Below are positions 57,687 to 64,000 of a DNA stretch of 64,000 nucleotides, in pieces. Within the stretch, counting starts at the first letter, position 1. Every line of letters starts with the position of its first letter. The stretch comes from an uncultured Myxococcales bacterium (GTDB lineage: Bacteria; Myxococcota_A; Bradymonadia; UBA7976; VGTA01). Both the position numbers and the translations under genes were made by a program. The notes under the pieces are model-generated. The model saw only the letters and a list, made by a program, of their open reading frames with translations. It was not told where the DNA came from and did no database searches. The stretch lies in NCBI GenBank assembly GCA_937146725.1, contig CAKZRU010000142.1:17726-81725 (forward strand), in the 5' to 3' direction.

Positions 57687-59279
57687 GTGTGCCTAATGAC
57701 CCTAAGTAGCTTGCTGATAAAACTTGACCGTTGCTCTTTTGCTTTTCGCTTAATTGGTGCTGCCTACTTAGTTTTATTCACCTCGTGGTTTTTGAGTGAT
57801 GCTGAATTAATCTCTGCTCAAAGTACAACCGGCATCTTTAGTGACCTAGCTATGCCATTGTCACCTGCCCTACAAAAGCTTTTTTTGATTCTGGGTATAT
57901 GCTCGAGTATCAGCTTAATTGCAGTACGATTAATCAAACCATCATTGGTTGTAAGCATGATCTCACTCATAAGCTTACTGGGGCAATTACCCACTGAACT
58001 GATCCAAAGTACCGACCGCTTTCTATTTGCTTTATCACTGTTACTTATTATTGCACCAAGCCAACAAAAGCATCAGAAATCTATTGCCACAAAGCTTGCC
58101 TTAAGTGCTTTGGTGGCTTTGTGGGCATGGCCAAACCTTTATGTTGTGTATCAAGAGGCAAGTCCTTTATGGACCGGCGATCACTTTTTTAATTATTGGG
58201 CTTGGACCGATGCGGCCCCAACACCGCTCGCCATACATTTAGCGCAAAGTCCCTTGTGGTTAAAAACCTTGGTCAATAAACTTCTTCTTTTAGCCTTTGC
58301 ATATACCCCTGTAGTGATGCTGTTAAAGATTAGGATTTGGCCGCTCGTTTGGCTGGTGTTTTTTGCTTTCTTTGGGTTCCTAACTAATCTACCGTCTTGG
58401 TTTATTTTGGCACTTGCTCTTGGATTATTAATTGCTTGTGACCAACGGTGGTCCAATGGTCTTGATCAAAAACTTGCTCAGTATATTCCCCTAGAAAAAC
58501 TCTCCAATTTGGCGCTCCTGTTTTGGCCGTTAATGTTATTAGGTTTTTGGATGAGTATGAGTAATCATTTGGGCATTACTCCGTTTTTGATCATTGCTCT
58601 CTATTTGCTGTGGTCAAATCAACATATAGATGGCATTCTTCATGAGCCGGCATCTCAAAATAAGCCTACCGTGATGAGTATCTTATTAAAGCAAGGCATA
58701 CCTTTAGCCTTAGCTCTCCTCTTTTTAAGCTTAAATCTGATGGGCTTTGAAAAAACAGTCCGTAAGTCTATGCCACAGGCCTCAGCTTGGTTATGGAGTC
58801 AAGCTGATGCGCGTTGGACAGTAAGTCCTTTAGCTAGAGCATCATTAGTGATAGAGCGTAGTGAGGATGGAGGTGCATCTTGGCAACAAGAGGACTATCC
58901 GGTACTGAGTAGAGTGACTATGAACAGCTTGCCCTGGCGGCCTTTTCATCCCCTCCGTGAAGAAAAGTGGTATAATGAACTTGCTCATAGTACCGAATGC
59001 GAAGAAGGCCCCTTTATGGAGCTATTAGAGCGCGGTCTTAGGCAACATGTAAAACGCTTAAATACACCTCCGCTACAAACCCCTAATCAATTGATCTTAA
59101 TCAGAGCTAGAAGAATACATTGGGTTCGTAGTCGCTATAATTTCTGGCGAGAAGAGCATAAAGGCTTTTTCTGTATTGCGACCAACCTACCTGTTTTACT
59201 CAAAGCAAGAGCAATGGTAAAACAGGCTCAAGAAGAACTGCCTAAAATGCCTCGTCTTGATCCTAGTCACAAAAAATAG
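57687..59279 (+). CDS. Polytopic membrane protein, divergent lipase maturation factor (LMF)-like
   Basis: Many TMs; WTDAAPTPLAIHLAQSPLW, LVIERSEDGGASW and IRARR...FWREE resemble LMF motifs by eye. Confidence 0.55.
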   Translation: MCLMTLSSLLIKLDRCSFAFRLIGAAYLVLFTSWFLSDAELISAQSTTGIFSDLAMPLSPALQKLFLILGICSSISLIAVRLIKPSLVVSMISLISLLGQLPTELIQSTDRFLFALSLLLIIAPSQQKHQKSIATKLALSALVALWAWPNLYVVYQEASPLWTGDHFFNYWAWTDAAPTPLAIHLAQSPLWLKTLVNKLLLLAFAYTPVVMLLKIRIWPLVWLVFFAFFGFLTNLPSWFILALALGLLIACDQRWSNGLDQKLAQYIPLEKLSNLALLFWPLMLLGFWMSMSNHLGITPFLIIALYLLWSNQHIDGILHEPASQNKPTVMSILLKQGIPLALALLFLSLNLMGFEKTVRKSMPQASAWLWSQADARWTVSPLARASLVIERSEDGGASWQQEDYPVLSRVTMNSLPWRPFHPLREEKWYNELAHSTECEEGPFMELLERGLRQHVKRLNTPPLQTPNQLILIRARRIHWVRSRYNFWREEHKGFFCIATNLPVLLKARAMVKQAQEELPKMPRLDPSHKK

Positions 59280-59297
59280 CCCTTGATTGCAGGGATC

Positions 59298-60047
59298 TTA
59301 AATCTCAAAAAGTAATTTAGGGTTAAATTGATGATTTTCTTCATGATTTAAGTAGCCAAAAGGGTTAGCTATAAGGGTGTGATTGGGTAAATCAGTTTGC
59401 ACACTATCATGTCCATGTCCATGGCACCAAAGGCGCGATTTTGTGACCAGTTCTTCGGGTAAGCTGTGTACAAAAAAGCGTCCAAAACCTTCAATCGACT
59501 CTTGCCAGCGGGGTGCAACGCCACGAGCCGATGGAATATGATGAGTGACCACAACATCACCTGCTCTAATTTCTTGCGTTAAATATTGGGCATCCTTTAT
59601 GGCTTCTTTATATACCCATTCCTCAAAACCTCCTTTGATCTTGTGAAAGTCATTCAATCTAAGTTGCCACATGGCTTGGGCTGAATCATCACGCTGAGTA
59701 AACCAAAGAGTTGCACCGATAAAACGTTGGCCTTTAATCACCACAGAGCGACGCGTTAATATATGGAGATTAGGAATAAGCTTGAGTTCTTGGAGTGCTA
59801 ATTCAACCTCACTAATACTAGAATGATAGTATTCATGATTACCGGGAACAAAGATTACTTCTGGGTAACGCTCACAAAAGCTTATTAAAGCTTGCTTTAA
59901 AGCGCCTTGGTGGACTTCAGCAATATCACCTGCTAAAACCAGTACATCAACCCCACTCGGATCCAAAGCATCAATCCACGCTAGACCTTGATCCGAGTGA
60001 TATTCAAAATGTAGGTCACTCATTATTTTTAATATCAACTTAGGCAT
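59298..60047 (-). CDS. Calcineurin-like metallophosphoesterase
   Basis: SDLH, LAGDI, PGNHEYY, THHIP and HGHGH motifs; ATG 60047 follows AAGGA. Confidence 0.92.
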   Translation of the reverse strand: MPKLILKIMSDLHFEYHSDQGLAWIDALDPSGVDVLVLAGDIAEVHQGALKQALISFCERYPEVIFVPGNHEYYHSSISEVELALQELKLIPNLHILTRRSVVIKGQRFIGATLWFTQRDDSAQAMWQLRLNDFHKIKGGFEEWVYKEAIKDAQYLTQEIRAGDVVVTHHIPSARGVAPRWQESIEGFGRFFVHSLPEELVTKSRLWCHGHGHDSVQTDLPNHTLIANPFGYLNHEENHQFNPKLLFEI

Positions 60048-60198
60048 GTTTTCATCCTTAATCACCTGGGCGATCAATCTTCTCGTTAATCCTCTATTGA
60101 TCAAGTCTGACCTTAAGAGTTTTTTATGCTATGTGTAATGCATTCTTTATTTAATCAGATGATAAACTAGTCATATTTTTGTAATCTGACTATGTTCA

Positions 60199-61518
60199 GT
60201 GTGTTTTATGTCTCTAGTTTTGTTCATAATAATTGGATTAATGGTCCTTAACCTCAACAATGCATGCATGCTTGGGCTGTGTCTAAAACACACTCTAAGT
60301 CGATTGGGGTTATCTTTCTGCCTTTTATCCTTAACGGCTTGCTCTCAATCCGATGTTCAAAAGAAACAAAGCGCTGAGAACAAGCTAGTCAAAGATCAAA
60401 GAGAGAAAACAGAAAAAAAGGAAAGAGCAATTCCGGTTGAAGTACATCGGCTTTCTTTGGGTACAGTTCGCGCAACAGTTAAAGCCGTATCAATTCTCTC
60501 TCCCAAAGAAAAAGCATCGGTTAGATCATTGATTTCAGGCTTAGTCACCGAATTATATGTTGAGGAAGGGGATCAAGTTAAACCCAAACAGAAACTTGCT
60601 TTGATCACTAGACCGGGGGCCAAGAGTTTAATTCGTAAAGCAGCAAGCTTATACCGTAAAGCTAAGCATGATGTTAAACAGCTACAAAACTTGGTCAAAA
60701 AAGGGTTAGCACCCCGTGAAGAATTGACTCAAGCTAAGTTTAATCGAGATCAGACAGCCATTGAGTTAACTCGCTTACAAGAAGAAGCCAAAAATGAAAT
60801 ATTACGATCACCGATTGCAGGAGTGGTTGTGAATAGACCTCTGTACCGAGGAGAAACGGTGAGTCCCGGACAAGTGATCTTTGAGGTGATGGACCTATCT
60901 AATATTTACGCGCCCTTAAACCTTCCCGACCGTTGGTCAACAAAGATTACAGAGGGGATGACAGCACAGCTTTTTGATCGTGAAGGCACACTTCTTTCCG
61001 CCCAAGCCCATGTAAGTCATGTGAGTCCGGTAATCGATGCAAATACTGGAACCTTTTCTGTCTGGGTAAGCCCTGATACACAAGCTACAAGAAAGTCAAC
61101 TCAGAAGAAAAAGGGAAAAAGCAAGCGTTCAAAAATGAAAGCTCAAAAAGAGCCGAGCAATCCGCATAAATCAAAACTCAAACCCGGCTTATTTGTGAGT
61201 ACTGAAATTACTTTGGGTGAACATAAAGATGTTTTGGTTATCCCTAAAGAAGCAGTCATCTACAAGGATGGCCAAGCACAAGTAGCTGTGGCACGTAATG
61301 ATAGAATTACTCTTGTCAATGTGGAAATAGGCTATCAAGAATCCAAAGTTTTGGAGCTAGTTTCTCCGTTGAAACTTGGTGATGTTGTGGTCACCTTTGG
61401 GCAAAGAGGCCTAGACACTGGTGCTTTGATCAAGCCAATTTGGCCCAAGGGTTTGACGATAGAAAAAGATCAGAATGCCAAGCAAGGTGATCGAATTCCA
61501 AACCAATTAAAGCGCTAA
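60199..61518 (+). CDS. RND efflux periplasmic adaptor (membrane fusion protein) lipoprotein
   Basis: Lipobox LTAC; VEEGDQV, LRSPIAGVV, SPVIDANTGT, LKPGLF and VIPKEAV motifs; true start probably downstream (60241 or 60268). Confidence 0.88.
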   Translation: MCFMSLVLFIIIGLMVLNLNNACMLGLCLKHTLSRLGLSFCLLSLTACSQSDVQKKQSAENKLVKDQREKTEKKERAIPVEVHRLSLGTVRATVKAVSILSPKEKASVRSLISGLVTELYVEEGDQVKPKQKLALITRPGAKSLIRKAASLYRKAKHDVKQLQNLVKKGLAPREELTQAKFNRDQTAIELTRLQEEAKNEILRSPIAGVVVNRPLYRGETVSPGQVIFEVMDLSNIYAPLNLPDRWSTKITEGMTAQLFDREGTLLSAQAHVSHVSPVIDANTGTFSVWVSPDTQATRKSTQKKKGKSKRSKMKAQKEPSNPHKSKLKPGLFVSTEITLGEHKDVLVIPKEAVIYKDGQAQVAVARNDRITLVNVEIGYQESKVLELVSPLKLGDVVVTFGQRGLDTGALIKPIWPKGLTIEKDQNAKQGDRIPNQLKR

Positions 61519-61627
61519 ATAAGATTTGTAGTCTACGGGTGAATGAGGCTACAGAAACTTATATAGATCGTTCATTCTGCCAACATAATTTTGAAGAGAT
61601 TATTTGGCTGTTAAAGCCAAAGTAACA

Positions 61628-62182
61628 TCAACTTTCATTACTTGCTTCGCTGCTTGCTTCGCTACTAGCTTCTTCAGCCAAAGGTGTTTTACGAGGCTCT
61701 ACAGTGGAGGTTACACCGCCACCTTCAAGTTGTGGTTTCCCGACCGGTACTCCGATATCATTGAGTTGATCGGTAAGTTCCACTAATTGAGCAATCCAAC
61801 GATCGGTAACCGCTCGCTCTCGACCACGCATACGAACCACAAACCGCACTCGGTTGCCGGCTTCTAAGAAGCGCCGAGCATGGCGTAGTTTGGTTTGTAG
61901 GTCGTGTTGATCGGTCTTAGGACGAAGTTTGAGAATTTTTGTTTGAACTTGAACTTGCTTTTTCTGGTTCTTTTTCTGCTCATAGCGGAAACGACCATAG
62001 TCCATAATTCTACATACAGGAGGGCGAGCTCCTGGGGCGACTTCTACTAAGTCTAAGCCACGTTCTTCTGCAATTTTACGGGCATCAGCTGGTGTCATTA
62101 CACCTAACTGTTCGCCTTCTTCGTCAACGACACGGATTTGGGGGATCCGGATTTGATGATTAATTCTTCTGCGCTCTTCCAA
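61628..62182 (-). CDS. infC: Translation initiation factor IF-3
   Basis: RINHQIR, GLDLVEVAP, PPVCRIMDYGRFRYEQKK, HDLQTK and RGRE motifs; non-ATG start. Confidence 0.96.
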   Translation of the reverse strand: MEERRRINHQIRIPQIRVVDEEGEQLGVMTPADARKIAEERGLDLVEVAPGARPPVCRIMDYGRFRYEQKKNQKKQVQVQTKILKLRPKTDQHDLQTKLRHARRFLEAGNRVRFVVRMRGRERAVTDRWIAQLVELTDQLNDIGVPVGKPQLEGGGVTSTVEPRKTPLAEEASSEASSEASNES

Positions 62183-62388
62183 GTTAAATACGACTCCTCC
62201 GACAAACGTCAGTCTGAATCTTTTAAAAAATTTATGATTAAATGATCATCTCTAAGCGATAGCATTATGATGATCTAAGGATTTATGTTTTAAGCATACT
62301 CTCAAATGAAGCTTAACGCTAGCCCATTTGACTATAGTCATGACTTATTCCGTTGAACAAGCTTTACTCCTTACCATAGGTACATATT

Positions 62389-63558
62389 ATGAGCTCAACT
62401 TTTTTCAGTATAACGAATAAATATCAAGCATTTAAGACATTTATTTTATTTTTCTTACTTGGCACAGTTTCTTTTCTTTCAAATGTTGAAAAAAGCTTTG
62501 CTGAACCACTTCGAGTCCATTTTATTGATATTGGCCAAGGAGATAGTGCCTTGATTCAAAGTCCAAACGATAAGGTGATCTTAATTGACTCTGGGCCATC
62601 TAAAAGTTGGAAAGCCTTAAAGGGGTATCTTGATCAGCTTAACATTAAAGAGATTGATCTGATGATTAATACGCATCCTCACTCTGATCATATTGGAAAT
62701 GCGAGCCGGATTTTGGAACACTTTAAAGTAAAAATGGTTCTCGATTCTGGTTTTGCTCACCCGATTAGAGCGTATAGTCAACTTTTGGCAAGCGTTAAAG
62801 AAAAGAAGATACCTCTTAAACTTGGTCGTAAGGGAAGAACCATTGCCATTGGTGGTGGAGCTAATTTGGAGTTACTCGCTCCGGAAGAACCCTTTATCAA
62901 AAACTCTCGCTCTGACCCTAACAGCAATTCGATTGTTTTTAGACTCAGCTATAAAAATCAAGCGGCCTTGTTTACAGGAGATGCCGAAGAAGAAACCGAA
63001 ACTCGTTTATTGGTGGATTCAAAAAAACTACGAGCTGATTTACTCAAGGTTGCTCATCATGGCAGTAAGCATGCTTCTGGTCGAGCTTTTTTAGATGCAG
63101 TTAAGCCCAAGTATGCTGTTGTCTCTTGCAGTGAAACCAACCGTTATGGTCATCCGGCTCCCGAAACACTGCTTGCCTTAAACCGAGTACAAGCACAGGC
63201 GATGGTAACCGCTCAAGTCGGAAGCATTGTGGCAAGCACCGATGGTGAGACTTGGCAATTTACGACTCAAAGAAAACCTAGTCCATCGGCTACAATCAAT
63301 CCACTTAAAAAAGCTCAGCAGATCTCATCAACAAATACGCCTAATACAATTCAAAACGCTTCCGCACAAGGAAAAGTAAATGTAAATACTGCTTCATTAA
63401 ACGAGCTTAAAACCTTACCAAGAATCGGTCCGGCCTTGAGTAAGCGCATCATTGAGGCACGTAAGGACAGCAAGTTTACTCAAGCGAGTGATTTACGCAG
63501 AGTTCGTGGTATTGGTGCTAAAACAGTAGAAAAGCTTGCGCCACTCATTACTTTTTAA
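62389..63558 (+). CDS. Exported ComEC/Rec2-type metallo-beta-lactamase-fold nuclease with a C-terminal ComEA-type helix-hairpin-helix domain
   Basis: DIGQGDS, THPHSDHIG, FTGDAE, AHHGS and YGHP motifs; C-terminal VNVNTAS...LPRIGP...VRGIGAKT. Confidence 0.9.
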   Translation: MSSTFFSITNKYQAFKTFILFFLLGTVSFLSNVEKSFAEPLRVHFIDIGQGDSALIQSPNDKVILIDSGPSKSWKALKGYLDQLNIKEIDLMINTHPHSDHIGNASRILEHFKVKMVLDSGFAHPIRAYSQLLASVKEKKIPLKLGRKGRTIAIGGGANLELLAPEEPFIKNSRSDPNSNSIVFRLSYKNQAALFTGDAEEETETRLLVDSKKLRADLLKVAHHGSKHASGRAFLDAVKPKYAVVSCSETNRYGHPAPETLLALNRVQAQAMVTAQVGSIVASTDGETWQFTTQRKPSPSATINPLKKAQQISSTNTPNTIQNASAQGKVNVNTASLNELKTLPRIGPALSKRIIEARKDSKFTQASDLRRVRGIGAKTVEKLAPLITF

Positions 63559-63580
63559 AGGTTAAATATTTAGCCATTTA

Positions 63581-64000
63581 CTAATCAGCGCTATTAAGCT
63601 CTGCTGCTAAAATCTGCTGACGACAGTGTTCAATGATTGCTTCTGCAAATCTTGTTGCGCTTTGAGGGTCATGTCTAAAAAAGAGTGAAGGCTCAATTAA
63701 CTCTAGCTCAATTAACCAAGGCTGACCTTGAGTATTGGTTAAAAAGTCACAACGAGCATACAAGGGCATCACTTTAAGCTTGTTAAGCATTTGTTCACAG
63801 TTTCTTTGCCACGCAACCGGAGCTTCCCAAGGCATATCACTGGCTCCATAATCGTCTTGTACACGATAATCGCCATCAACTGGAACTTTGCGAACAGCAT
63901 GACTAAACTGTCCATTAAAATAGATCAATGAGCATTCGCCCATAGACTCTACTTCTTCAACGTATGGCTGTAAGATGAGATTTCGCTTGGGTAACCACTC
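63581..64000 (-). CDS. ATP-grasp (RimK/glutathione synthetase-like) protein, 5'-truncated by the window edge
   Basis: The frame stays open to 64000 (EWLPKRNLILQPYVEEVESM); GECSLIYF, HAVRK, DYRVQ, YARCD and ELELIEPSLF motifs. Confidence 0.85.
   Translation of the reverse strand, partial: EWLPKRNLILQPYVEEVESMGECSLIYFNGQFSHAVRKVPVDGDYRVQDDYGASDMPWEAPVAWQRNCEQMLNKLKVMPLYARCDFLTNTQGQPWLIELELIEPSLFFRHDPQSATRFAEAIIEHCRQQILAAELNSAD

Noticed and set aside
59298..60047. Metallophosphoesterase as a prophage or defence-island marker
   Set aside because: No integrase, phage or defence genes lie nearby; the neighbours are ordinary chromosomal genes.
60199..61518. Adaptor as the partner of the MMPL transporter at 22922
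   Set aside because: The genes are about 35 kb apart and nothing in the sequence links them.

Overview
This is a gene-dense, AT-rich bacterial chromosomal window. No rRNA, tRNA, CRISPR array or transposase is recognisable. The gene content suggests a low-GC Myxococcota/Bradymonadia-like organism (inference only): two Hanks-type Ser/Thr kinases, a Tgl/PilW-like TPR lipoprotein, Cys-rich DxDCDG-repeat surface proteins and many orphan lipoproteins. Housekeeping genes include coaD, rsmD, a trans-sulfuration PLP enzyme, ald, gshB, glutathione peroxidase, mreB-mreC-mrdA-rodA (no mreD), a trmK-like gene, an ABC-F ATPase, pgsA, metG and infC. Two loci stand out. (1) 38653-44861 (minus strand) encodes a Cys-rich adhesin-like lipoprotein followed by two paralogous lipoproteins. 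Each paralogue has an aerolysin/ETX-type beta-hairpin motif, but the Ser/Thr-rich arms are about 123 residues per side, almost strictly alternating and identical in length between the two. This is a candidate two-component, cell-anchored, extra-long beta-barrel pore or needle. (2) 29471-30784 encodes a eukaryote-like RNA-binding protein: a degenerate ERI1-type exonuclease domain, four ZRANB2/FUS-type RanBP2 zinc fingers and a GGY low-complexity tract. Also noted are a circularly permuted alpha/beta-hydrolase, a wHTH-kinase lacking the alphaC glutamate, a twin CX25C helical-hairpin protein and many short tandem duplications. All calls come from motif reading by eye; no database search was run.
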